Source: Hormoscilla sp. (lineage in GTDB: Bacteria > Cyanobacteriota > Cyanobacteriia > Cyanobacteriales > Desertifilaceae). From it: a DNA stretch of 20,792 bases. A program made the position numbers and the translations under genes. Where the stretch lies: the NCBI GenBank assembly GCA_051439505.1, contig JBFRWI010000137.1:1-20792 (forward strand), given 5' to 3'. The notes under the pieces were generated by a model that saw only the letters and a program-made list of their open reading frames with translations, searched no databases and was not told the origin of the DNA. The stretch's first letter is position 1. Each line of letters starts with the position of its first letter. Of this stretch, positions 7,722 to 15,994 are shown piece after piece.

Positions 7722-8054
7722 ATGGATGCATCAGAACCACATGTAGAACCTCCTTACTTCGAGGTTATTACCCCGATCGGGGTGCGAGTCCGAACTACCC
7801 CTTCTTACTGGGCTAAGATCGTTACACTCAAGCACCCAATCATTAATGGCAGAGAATATTTTGTTAAAGAAGTCTTGCGAGAACCAACAGAAGTGCGTCG
7901 GAGTAGGAGCGATCCGATGCTGTACCTTTACTATAAACATGACCCACCTTATTTACTCTGTGTCGTAGCAAGGCATCTAAATGGAGAAGGGTACATCATT
8001 ACTATCTACCGAACTGACAAAATTAAACGAGGAGAACTTGTATGGACGCCCTAA
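7722..8054 (+). CDS. DUF4258-like (RelE/BrnT-related) putative toxin
   Basis: 'FEV.TP.G.RVRTT..YW..IV..KHP...G.E..VKE.L..P..VRRS..D...YLYY...VV..LNGEG.IIT.Y.TDKIK.GE.VW' pattern; overlaps the downstream gene. Confidence 0.75.
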   Translation: MDASEPHVEPPYFEVITPIGVRVRTTPSYWAKIVTLKHPIINGREYFVKEVLREPTEVRRSRSDPMLYLYYKHDPPYLLCVVARHLNGEGYIITIYRTDKIKRGELVWTP

Positions 8055-8248
8055 AAATTTACTACGATGAAGAAGGGAAAACCCTCTCAGTCTGGTTTGA
8101 TGACCCCCGTAAAGAGTTCCTTACAGAGGAAACTGAAGAAGATTTTTCGTTAATTAAAGATAAAGATGGTCGTGTCATTGGGTTTGAACGGCTGAACTAC
8201 AGCTTGGAAAAACCAGATGCAGTGCAAGTAGAGTTAATCAGTGTTTAG
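8042..8248 (+). CDS. DUF2283 putative antitoxin
   Basis: 'KIYYDEEGKTLSVWF...KDKDGRVIGFERLN' DUF2283 signature; RBS AGGAG; 13-bp overlap with the upstream gene. Confidence 0.8.
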   Translation: MDALKIYYDEEGKTLSVWFDDPRKEFLTEETEEDFSLIKDKDGRVIGFERLNYSLEKPDAVQVELISV

Positions 8249-8274
8249 TGAGTTTAGGGAAAACTAACATTTTT

Positions 8275-8303
8275 CTCCTTCCCAGTCTCTGGCTGGGAAG
8301 GAG
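8275..8303. repeat. Hairpin ctccttcccag/ctgggaaggag (repeat-family member, possible terminator)
   Basis: 11-bp perfect stem just after the DUF2283 stop. Confidence 0.6.
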
Positions 8304-8349
8304 CTATAATCGTGAGAACAGTAAAGTTAGATATGGAAGGTAAAATTTG

Positions 8350-8988
8350 ATGAACCCAAATAAATGGAAGCCCGAACATATAATTGCGCTTCTGGGTTTG
8401 ATGCTGTCAATGGTGGCATTGACCAAGCTGGAAATTAAGTGGTCGATGAATATAGATATATCATCTAAGCCCGCCGTTACGGAAAAATCTGCACCGCAAC
8501 AGACAACACCCACAGCACAAAAGCTGGAGTTAGCTTCAGAAGTCGGTGCCGACTACAGTCAATTGGAAAAATTACTGGCATCTGGGAAGTTTCAGGAAGC
8601 CGATCGGGAAACCAGGAGACTGATGCTGTCGATCGCCAGTCGGGAACAAGAACGCTGGCTGGATGCTAACAGTATGGCAGAATTTCCTTGTCCTGACTTG
8701 CAGGCGATCGACCAATTGTGGCAAGAATATAGTGACGGTCGCTTTGGTTTCAGCGTGCAGAAGGACATCTGGGAAGCTGTAGGTAAAGATGGAGATCAGT
8801 TTGACGATCGGGTGGGCTGGAGTGAAAATGGTAAGTTGCGACAGTATAAAGAATTGGGTTGGGAAGTGCGATCGCCTGCGGGGCACTTACCAATTGCTTT
8901 TTGGTGCGGTGGGGGAGGTTGCTTGTCGGGAGATAAGCAGGGTTGGTTCTCGGCTCCGCAAATGGTGAATAAATGTAATATCCGTTAA
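8350..8988 (+). CDS. GUN4-domain protein with N-terminal membrane/signal segment
   Basis: 'L.SEVG.DYS.LE.LLA.G.FQEADRET', 'FPC.DL..IDQLW..YS.GRFGFSVQK.IW', 'DRVGW' and 'P.GHLP' are GUN4-like motifs; hydrophobic N-terminus; likely an accessory paralog rather than canonical gun4/ycf53. Confidence 0.9.
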   Translation: MNPNKWKPEHIIALLGLMLSMVALTKLEIKWSMNIDISSKPAVTEKSAPQQTTPTAQKLELASEVGADYSQLEKLLASGKFQEADRETRRLMLSIASREQERWLDANSMAEFPCPDLQAIDQLWQEYSDGRFGFSVQKDIWEAVGKDGDQFDDRVGWSENGKLRQYKELGWEVRSPAGHLPIAFWCGGGGCLSGDKQGWFSAPQMVNKCNIR

Positions 8989-9172
8989 TTTCGCTAATGG
9001 CCCAGAATGGTGGGCGATGTGCCCACCTATTCTTAATTGGGAGGAGGAACTAAAGCTCAGTTATTGCCATCGAGCGACCACGAGACACCGGTGGGATGGC
9101 GAGCTAGTTAGCGATTTGCTTTTTATGAGAGATGGCGATATCATTGAAATATAATGACATTAGTGCAAGCAG

Positions 9173-9409
9173 ATGAGCCCTAACGAGATTATCCTAGATC
9201 CCGCAGATCGGCACTGGCTAGAAATGAAAGCAAAAGAAAATCAAACGACGATCGCCGCCTTAATCAGTCAAGCGGTTAAACGAATGCGTCAGGAAGAAGA
9301 CAAAACAAAAGCACCCTCTTTTGAGGTTCTCTTAGAGCAAACACGGGGAATATGGAAAGGGTCCGATGGGTTGGAGTATCAGCAAAAAATTCGGGGGGAG
9401 TGGGCGTGA
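9173..9409 (+). CDS. vapB: Antitoxin, CopG/ribbon-helix-helix (VapB-like)
   Basis: RHH-like 'I.LD..D..WL...AK....TIA.LI.QAV' with C-terminal 'TRGIWKG.DGLEYQ..IR.EW'; GTGA overlap with the PIN gene. Confidence 0.75.
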   Translation: MSPNEIILDPADRHWLEMKAKENQTTIAALISQAVKRMRQEEDKTKAPSFEVLLEQTRGIWKGSDGLEYQQKIRGEWA

Positions 9410-9783
9410 GATTCTTGCTGGATTCGGTTATCCTAATCGATCACTTTAACAATATTCCTGCGGCTACAGAGTATCTGCTCGAATCCCAAGAGGAAAGTGC
9501 TATTTCCGTAATTACTAGGGCAGAAGTTCTAGTAGGGTTTGAGCCACCTGATGCTGAGATTGCAGCCCAATTTCTCGACCAGTTTACAACCCTGGAAATG
9601 ACGGTGGCAGTAGCGGACTTGGCCGCTTTATTGCGTCGCCAAGAGAGGTGGAGGCTCCCCGATGCTATTCAAGCCGCATTTTGCCAGATTTATCAACTCA
9701 CCCTTGTTACTCGCAATTTTCGTGACTTTCCGCCCGATCGCTATGATTTTGTTCTGATTCCTTATACCTTTGAGAGCGGTTAA
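9406..9783 (+). CDS. vapC: VapC PIN-domain ribonuclease toxin
   Basis: GTG start at 9406 overlapping the upstream TGA; PIN motifs 'LLDSVILID', 'ISVITRAEVLVG', 'LPDAIQAA' and 'LVTRN.RDF'. Confidence 0.9.
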   Translation: MRFLLDSVILIDHFNNIPAATEYLLESQEESAISVITRAEVLVGFEPPDAEIAAQFLDQFTTLEMTVAVADLAALLRRQERWRLPDAIQAAFCQIYQLTLVTRNFRDFPPDRYDFVLIPYTFESG

Positions 9784-9828
9784 GGCAGGGACAATACTCA
9801 AGGTTCATCCCAGTGAGAGCAAATTGAA

Positions 9829-9869
9829 AATCGAGCAATTGTTAATTTAGAATCGAGCAATTGTTAATT
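9829..9869. repeat. Direct repeat aatcgagcaattgttaatt x2 in an STRR-like AT-rich patch
   Basis: Two 19-bp copies with a 22-bp period. Confidence 0.7.
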
Positions 9870-9906
9870 GGGCTATTTTCCATTCGACATTCGTAATTAT
9901 TCGCAA

Positions 9907-10035
9907 TTAACCGTGTTTAATGCTAAAAAAGCAAAGTAGTTTTTGCCAAAGTTCGATATCCATCTGTACGGCAGTCTGATTTCCCCGATCGTCCAGGATA
10001 TATTTAACCTGCTGCAATAGTTCGGCGGTGTTCAT
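9907..10035 (-). pseudogene. Truncated small antitoxin-like gene
   Basis: MNTAELLQQVKYILDDRGNQTAVQMDIELWQKLL then unrelated residues; 'Y..D..G...AV...I..W..LL' is typical of small antitoxins that usually continue with an acidic tail; RBS AAGGA upstream; no toxin gene follows. Confidence 0.5.
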
Positions 10036-10074
10036 AGTTATCTTGACATCCTTTAGCTGCGGAACTTTTGAGCG

Positions 10075-10097
10075 ATGGTGGGCGCTGCCCACCCTAC
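10075..10097 (-). repeat. GTAG-type REP-like palindrome
   Basis: atggtgggcgctgcccaccctac is a reverse-oriented copy of the 3681 element. Confidence 0.8.
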
Positions 10098-10180
10098 GCC
10101 TTTATTATACTACCCGAAGCGATCGGGCCAATTGACCAGAGAGGCGCTACAATATCAAGGTTGTATTCGGCGACATTATT

Positions 10181-11476
10181 GTGATCGAACGCTATACTAA
10201 GCCCGAAATGGGCGAACTGTGGACAGATGCTTATAAGCTGAAAACCTGGCTGCAAGTGGAAATTGCTGTCTGCGAGGCCCAAGCAGAGTTGGGTTATATC
10301 CCAGCTGACGCCTTGGCAGAAATTAAGGCAAAGGCGAATTTTGACCCCCAGCGGGTGCTGGAAATTGAGGCGGAAGTCCGCCACGATGTCATCGCTTTCT
10401 TGACAAATGTGAATGAATATGTGGGCGATGCGGGCCGTTATATTCATTTGGGGTTAACCAGTTCGGACGTGTTGGATACGGCCCTGGCACTCCAATTGGT
10501 TGCGAGTCTTGATGTTTTGCTGGGACAGTTGGAAAAGCTAATTCAAGCTATTCGCTATCAGGCACAACAACATCGCTATACGGTGATGATTGGCCGATCG
10601 CACGGCATTCACGCGGAACCGATCTCCTTTGGTTTTAAGCTGGCGGGTTGGTTGGCAGAAGTGCTGCGACAGCGCGATCGCCTCTGTAACTTGGAAACTA
10701 AAATTGCCGTGGGCAAGATCTCTGGTGCGGTAGGAACCTATGCTAATATCGATCCCAAAATAGAGGCGATCGCCTGCCAGAACCTGGGACTGCAACCCGA
10801 CTGCGCTTCTACTCAGGTGATCTCGCGCGATCGGCACGCAGAATTCGTGCAAACTTTAGCCCTGGTAGCTGCTTCTCTGGAACGCTTTGCCGTAGAAATT
10901 AGAAACCTGCAACGGACGGACGTGTTAGAAGTGGAAGAACATTTTGCCAAAGGACAAAAAGGTTCCTCCGCCATGCCCCACAAGCGCAACCCCATTCGTT
11001 CGGAAAGGATCTCCGGAATGGCGAGAATTCTGCGGGGAAATGCCGTTGCTGCCTTAGAAAATGTGGCCCTCTGGCACGAACGGGATATTTCTCACAGTTC
11101 CGTAGAAAGGGTAATTTTGCCCGACTCTTGCATTTTAACTCATTTCATGCTTTATGAGAGCGCCAACTTGGTAAAAAATCTCCTAGTTTACCCAGAGAAC
11201 ATGAAGCGGAATATGAATCTCTATGGCGGGGTTGTCTTCAGTCAGCGGGTCTTACTGGCATTGGTAGAAAAAGGTATGATTCGCGAAGAAGCATACAAAA
11301 TCGTGCAATCTCTTGCCCATACAGCTTGGAATGTACCTGATGGGAATTTTCAGCAACTGATCTCTCAAGATCCTACCGTGACACAGATGTTGTCACAAAC
11401 GGAAATCGAGAAATGTTTCGATCCGCAAGAACATTTGCGGCATTTGGATGAAATTTATCAGCGCTTGAGCATTTAA
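10181..11476 (+). CDS. purB: Adenylosuccinate lyase
   Basis: 431 aa; MIERY start, 'HDVIAF', 'H.GLTSSDV.DTA', 'GRSHGIHAEP', fumarate-lyase signature 'GSSAMPHKRNP', and 'WHERDISHSSVER'. Confidence 0.99.
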   Translation: MIERYTKPEMGELWTDAYKLKTWLQVEIAVCEAQAELGYIPADALAEIKAKANFDPQRVLEIEAEVRHDVIAFLTNVNEYVGDAGRYIHLGLTSSDVLDTALALQLVASLDVLLGQLEKLIQAIRYQAQQHRYTVMIGRSHGIHAEPISFGFKLAGWLAEVLRQRDRLCNLETKIAVGKISGAVGTYANIDPKIEAIACQNLGLQPDCASTQVISRDRHAEFVQTLALVAASLERFAVEIRNLQRTDVLEVEEHFAKGQKGSSAMPHKRNPIRSERISGMARILRGNAVAALENVALWHERDISHSSVERVILPDSCILTHFMLYESANLVKNLLVYPENMKRNMNLYGGVVFSQRVLLALVEKGMIREEAYKIVQSLAHTAWNVPDGNFQQLISQDPTVTQMLSQTEIEKCFDPQEHLRHLDEIYQRLSI

Positions 11477-11507
11477 GATTAGTTACACCGCCGGGGGTGT
11501 CCCACCC

Positions 11508-11539
11508 CCGAGTTACCAGGCATCCGCCAGGTAACTCGG
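11508..11539 (+). terminator. Hairpin downstream of purB
   Basis: 10-bp stem ccgagttacc/ggtaactcgg; no clear U-tract. Confidence 0.4.
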
Positions 11540-11589
11540 TAAGAGTCGGTTAAAATTGAGATCTTGCACCATTCTCGATATGTCTCCTG

Positions 11590-11643
11590 GCCCGCCGGGG
11601 GTTAAAACCCCCGGCTAACAGCTTAAGTGGGTTAAAACCCACT
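11590..11643 (+). repeat. Double-hairpin REP-like element, copy 1
   Basis: gcccgccgggggttaaaacccccggctaacagcttaagtgggttaaaacccact. Confidence 0.85.
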
Positions 11644-11679
11644 GGAACCCTTGTCGTTTATTTTTGGGAAGGGAATGTC

Positions 11680-12225
11680 ATGAACAACAAATGCCGGAAA
11701 ATTCTGCTAGCCGCAGTGGCCATCATTGCCCTGGGAACTACTGCTTGCAAATCAGATAGCAGTTCCGATGCTGGCAAACCGAATGACGATGGCAGGACTG
11801 TATACTACTGCGATCGGGCATCCGACGGTACGCCAGCGACCTTTGGCAGAAGCACGAGAGGTTCGCTAGCATTAATTCGTTGGGAATCAAACTTTTTCAC
11901 TGATGCCGGGTATAGTCCGGAAAAGCGGTGTGAAATAGTATCGGCAAAATTTGAGAAATACAGGTTAGAGGGTATCCTCAACTATATTACCACGGGCAAG
12001 GAAAATGGCCAACGTGTTATTTGCGTCTCCAGGGACTACGGTGGTCGTTGTCAGGGCACCCTTTGGACTCTGAAAAAAGATGATGATGCTAGTGACTTGA
12101 TTGACCAGTTATTTAAGGTCGGTCATCTTTCGGGAGTTCCGCCCCTTTCTCAAAGTTCGGATGGTTCCTCTCAATTTTACATTGACATTGATGAGATCTT
12201 GCGCAAGGCGGCTGAGAAGCAATAG
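11680..12225 (+). CDS. COP23-domain protein, probable lipoprotein
   Basis: Signal peptide with lipobox-like 'GTTAC'; COP23 motifs 'YYC.....G.PAT', 'LIRW.S.FF..AGYSPEKRC..VS.KF', 'L.YITTG..NGQ.VICV' and 'C...LWTLK'. Confidence 0.88.
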   Translation: MNNKCRKILLAAVAIIALGTTACKSDSSSDAGKPNDDGRTVYYCDRASDGTPATFGRSTRGSLALIRWESNFFTDAGYSPEKRCEIVSAKFEKYRLEGILNYITTGKENGQRVICVSRDYGGRCQGTLWTLKKDDDASDLIDQLFKVGHLSGVPPLSQSSDGSSQFYIDIDEILRKAAEKQ

Positions 12226-12265
12226 ATGATAATTTCCTTTGCAGTAATTTATTCTCTTCGCTGTC

Positions 12266-12321
12266 AGCCCGCCGGGGGTTCAAACTCCCGGCTAATAGCT
12301 AAAGTCGGTTAAAGCCGACTA
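12266..12321 (+). repeat. Double-hairpin REP-like element, copy 2
   Basis: agcccgccgggggttcaaactcccggctaatagctaaagtcggttaaagccgacta. Confidence 0.85.
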
Positions 12322-12368
12322 ATCACATAATGCTTAAATGAATTGTCTAAAAAACTCGCAAAAAGGGG

Positions 12369-12397
12369 TTGACAATGCTAAAAGAATGTGCCATTAT
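12369..12397 (+). promoter_or_regulatory. sigma70-type promoter (TTGACA-17 bp-CATTAT, extended -10 TG)
   Basis: A-rich upstream tract, TTGACA at 12369-12374, TGn-CATTAT with the -10 at 12392-12397. Confidence 0.5.
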
Positions 12398-12554
12398 AAA
12401 TATATGATTTGATTCTGCTATGACAAGTAGGGATGCAGGGGTTCAGCACCCCTACATTACTGAGGGGAGATGGTTATGGGTGACTGGCGATCGGGCGATC
12501 GGGTGAAGCCTTTTGGGCACGGGATCGGAGACAATACTTCTCCGGTTAACAACC

Positions 12555-12885
12555 TGTCATTGCGAGGGGGGGCTGGCAAAATAATAGCTGTGTTGACCCC
12601 TGAAGCAATCCCCCCCGTTAGCGCAGCGGTGCGACGCAGGAGCACTAGCAATCTCACCGACGACTCGCCATGTGATCTTTATCTTATACAGGGCGGGGAG
12701 ATTGCTTCGGGGGGTGTTATTCCTACTGCATAAGTATCTTTTAAATATCCTCCCCCCCCTCGCAATGACATAGACGACGCGCCATGTGATCTTTATCTTA
12801 TACAGGGCGGGGAGATTGCTTCGGGGGGTGTTATTCCTACTGCATAAGTATCTTTTAAATATCCCCCCCCCCTCGCAATGACATA
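12555..12885. mobile_element. MITE-like palindromic element (TGTCATTGCGAG...GAAGCAATC / GATTGCTTCG...CTCGCAATGACA) with duplicated right half
   Basis: Left end tgtcattgcgagggggggg from 12555; right ends ccccccctcgcaatgaca ending at 12770 and 12883; near-identical tandem copies at 12659-12772 (114 bp) and 12773-12885 (113 bp). Confidence 0.7.
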
Positions 12886-13051
12886 TTGGCTGCTATAATA
12901 AGCGTAGTTCCTGGGCGATCGGGAAGATTATGTAGTTTACCCAGAGTGCGAAGGTGATAGAATAGAGATGGTTGACTGGAGGCGGAGCCTCAAATTGCCG
13001 TTCCCAGGGGTCGCCTAGGAACGAGGGGATGGTATATAATAGAAAAGGTGG

Positions 13052-13182
13052 TAGTCGGTTGAAAACCGACTTAAGCTATTAGCCCGGGGTTTGAACCCCG
13101 GGCGGGCTAACAACGAAGCGAAAGGGGGTTTGAACCCCGGGCGGGCTAACAACGAAGGGAAAAAAAACCCTGGCGGGCTAAC
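13052..13182 (-). repeat. Double-hairpin REP-like element, copy 3 (inverted), with a 39-bp-period partial tandem duplication
   Basis: The reverse complement of 13052-13108 matches 12266-12321; ggggtttgaaccccgggcgggctaacaacgaag occurs at ~13086 and ~13125, with a partial third copy at ~13167. Confidence 0.85.
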
Positions 13183-13199
13183 TAACAAGGAGAAGAAAG

Positions 13200-15863
13200 A
13201 TGAATCGTCGGACAATAGCTTTGATAGCATGTATCAGCAGTTTATCCTGGGGACCGGTGGCGCTTTATGGCTGTAATGCCATACCGGGGGTTTCTCAGCA
13301 GGCGGTGGAGGTGGCGCTCTCCCAGGAGGAATTGCGTCAAATCGCTAAATCAATTACTGTTAAGGTATGGGCCGGTGATTCTCGTGGTTCGGGCACTTTG
13401 ATTATGAAGGAATCCGGGCGTTATACTGTTCTTACTAATGACCACGTCATCGCAGTGGGTTCTCCCGATCGCATCGAGACGAATGATGGGAAAATATATC
13501 CGGCGACTGCGGTGGAGAAGGTGAATTTTCAGGGGAAAGATTTGGCCCTGTTGCAGTTCAACTCCGAGGCAGATTATCCCATAGCTTCTTTGGGTCATAA
13601 TGAACGGCTGTTTCCCAAGCAGCAGGTGCTGGCAGCGGGTTTCCCCTACCAACAAGAGGAGTTGGTTTTTTCAGAGGGGTCTATCACACTTTTGCCAGAT
13701 AAGGCATTTAAAGGGGGCTACCGCATCGGCTACAGTAATGATATCCAAAAGGGGATGAGCGGCGGTCCGGTTCTGAATGGCGCAGGTAAGGTGATTGCTA
13801 TCAATGGGATGCACGCCTATCCGTTCTTCGATCCTTATATATATGAGGATGGTACGAGACCCCAGGATAAACGGGAACGGGAGATTATCCGCAGCTCTAG
13901 TTGGGGCGTTCCTATGGCGACATTTGCTGAGTTGGCTCCCGATTTCGTGCCCTCGACTCTGGTGGAGGATGTTCGGGATATTGCGGAACAAATTACCGTG
14001 CGGATTGATTTTCCGTCGGGGAATGGTTCTGGGGTGATTATTGCGAAGAAAGGGAATACTTATACTGTCCTGACTGCGGAGCATGTGGTGCGGGATGAAG
14101 GGAAATATGAGGTGGTAACCCATGATGGCAGGCGATATCGGGTGAACTATGATAGGGTGAAATTTATGCCGGGGGCGGACTTGGCAGTGTTGGAGTTTAA
14201 GAGTCGCGAAACTTATCAAGTGGCAACTTTGGGAAATTATGACCTCAACTATGACCTCAACTATGACCTAGAAAAGGCAGTCAGATCAGTTTTTGTTTAT
14301 GGGTGGTCTGGAGCGAGACAAAAAGGCAAGGAAGAACCAAGTCGTTTGTTTACTGCTGGGAATCTTATTCCTAAAGAATTCGGTAAGTTTTTGGCGAAAG
14401 ATTCATATTCTTTAACTTATGGTTATGAGCTAGTTTACAACAATATTACGGCGGGAGGAGTGAGTGGTGGACCAGTATTAGATACTCGTGGGCGCGTAAT
14501 TGGGATTCACGGACGTGCAGAAGGAGAGGTAATAATAGATGAAGCTTGGCAGAGACGTGAGATGCAACTGGGTTATAGTTTGGGCGTCCCAATCAACAGC
14601 TTTTTGAGGCAAGCTACCCAGGTAGGGGCGAAACCAGAGTTGCTGAAAATAGAGACTTCTGTACCACCACCAGTGACTGAGCGAGAAGGAGATTCAATCC
14701 GCGAAGTTAGGCAACCCACAGAAGTGCCCACGAACAGCGCTGATGCAATTAACTGGCTGAATTATGGCAATCAACTATGGCGGGTAAAACGACCTGAAGA
14801 AGCGCTCGCATCTTTTGACAAAGCAATTAAACTGAAGCCAGATTTTTATCAAGTTTGGTATGCACGTGGCTGGAATTTGTCTACCTCGAATAAATATCAA
14901 GAAGCCTTTGCTTCATTTGATAGAGCAACTAAAATTGAGCCAACATTTTATCCAGCTTGGCATTTGCGAGGCATGATGCTTCTTCTTTTGAACAGATACC
15001 CAGAGGCGCTGGAATCCTATAATAAGGCGATCGCACTCAACCCCAAGCACTTTACCGTTCATTTGGGTCGAGGTATCGTGCTGAGCGAATTAAAACGTTA
15101 CCCAGAAGCGCTAGAAGCTTACAGTCAAGCCATTGAAATCAATCCCGACCCCGACGCCTACTATAGCCGGGGTAATGCCCACGCTAATCTGGGAAACTAT
15201 CAGAGAGCGCTGACAGATTTCAACGAAGCGATTCGCCTCCAGCCTGACGATGCCGAAGTCTACTATAACCGGGGTACTGCCCACGCTAATCTAAGAGACT
15301 ATCAGAGGGCGATAGTTGATTTCAACGAAGCGATTCGCCTCCAGCCTAACTATGCTGAAGCCTACTACAACCGGGGTACTGCCTACAAAATACTGGGAAA
15401 ATATCAGAGGGCGATAGCCGATTACAACAAATTCATTCGCCTCAATCCTGACAATGCCGAAGCCTACTTCCATAGGGGTAATGTTCACTATCTGCTGTTC
15501 GACCATCAGAAAGCGATAGCAGATTACAACGAAGCGATTCGCCTGGAACCTGATTATGCCGTAGTCTACAGATTTCGAGGGCAGGCTCACAATTGGCTGG
15601 GAGACAATCAGAAGGCGATAGCCGATTTGAACGAAGCGATTCGCCTCAAGCCTGACTATGCCGAAGCCTACGACTACCGGGGTTATATTCGCTTTGTACA
15701 GAGCGTTCTACAGAGCGCTCTACAGAAAGATAATCAGAAGGCGATCGCACAGAGGCAGAAGGCGATCGCCGATTATCAGAAAGCCGCAGAACTCTACCAC
15801 GAACAAGGGAATATGGAACAGTACCAACGAGCACAGAAGTTCCTCAAACAGATTCAGCAATAG
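13200..15863 (+). CDS. Secreted serine protease with two trypsin-like (S1) domains and a C-terminal TPR array
   Basis: Signal peptide; domain 1 has GSG, TNDHV, DLA and GMSGGP; domain 2 has GSG, TAEHV, DLAV and GVSGGP; about 10 TPRs follow; RBS AAGGAG. Confidence 0.93.
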   Translation: MNRRTIALIACISSLSWGPVALYGCNAIPGVSQQAVEVALSQEELRQIAKSITVKVWAGDSRGSGTLIMKESGRYTVLTNDHVIAVGSPDRIETNDGKIYPATAVEKVNFQGKDLALLQFNSEADYPIASLGHNERLFPKQQVLAAGFPYQQEELVFSEGSITLLPDKAFKGGYRIGYSNDIQKGMSGGPVLNGAGKVIAINGMHAYPFFDPYIYEDGTRPQDKREREIIRSSSWGVPMATFAELAPDFVPSTLVEDVRDIAEQITVRIDFPSGNGSGVIIAKKGNTYTVLTAEHVVRDEGKYEVVTHDGRRYRVNYDRVKFMPGADLAVLEFKSRETYQVATLGNYDLNYDLNYDLEKAVRSVFVYGWSGARQKGKEEPSRLFTAGNLIPKEFGKFLAKDSYSLTYGYELVYNNITAGGVSGGPVLDTRGRVIGIHGRAEGEVIIDEAWQRREMQLGYSLGVPINSFLRQATQVGAKPELLKIETSVPPPVTEREGDSIREVRQPTEVPTNSADAINWLNYGNQLWRVKRPEEALASFDKAIKLKPDFYQVWYARGWNLSTSNKYQEAFASFDRATKIEPTFYPAWHLRGMMLLLLNRYPEALESYNKAIALNPKHFTVHLGRGIVLSELKRYPEALEAYSQAIEINPDPDAYYSRGNAHANLGNYQRALTDFNEAIRLQPDDAEVYYNRGTAHANLRDYQRAIVDFNEAIRLQPNYAEAYYNRGTAYKILGKYQRAIADYNKFIRLNPDNAEAYFHRGNVHYLLFDHQKAIADYNEAIRLEPDYAVVYRFRGQAHNWLGDNQKAIADLNEAIRLKPDYAEAYDYRGYIRFVQSVLQSALQKDNQKAIAQRQKAIADYQKAAELYHEQGNMEQYQRAQKFLKQIQQ

Positions 15864-15868
15864 TTGAG

Positions 15869-15994
15869 ATTCGGGAGGAAACATTTTCCGAAATCTTCGA
15901 GGAACTGATCGGTGAAATCTTGCTCGAAAACAAGCGCTTGCGCTTGCTTGTAGTTAACCCAGACGAAGAGGTGATTGTGCAATGGATACCTTAG
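15869..15994 (+). pseudogene. xisH: XisH family C-terminal fragment
   Basis: Reads IREETFSEIFEELIGEILLENKRLRLLVVNPDEEVIVQWIP*, which matches the XisH C-terminus and overlaps the xisI start; the N-terminal part is missing, and the fragment begins 5 bp after the protease stop. Confidence 0.8.

Noticed and set aside
8350..8988. Canonical gun4 (ycf53) Mg-chelatase cofactor
   Set aside because: The hydrophobic N-terminus and atypical C-terminus point to an accessory GUN4-domain paralog
9352..9405. N-terminal extension of VapC in the ORF track
   Set aside because: The PIN motif starts at GTG 9406, which overlaps the antitoxin stop (GTGA); the extension is unlikely to be real
12659..12885. DGR template/variable repeat pair
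   Set aside because: The copies are adjacent, non-coding, and differ at non-adenine positions; no reverse transcriptase is present
13086..13182. CRISPR-like 33-bp repeats and the 13091-13276 ORF
   Set aside because: The 39-bp period leaves only ~6 bp between copies; they derive from the adjacent double-hairpin element, and the ORF is a translation of repeat DNA
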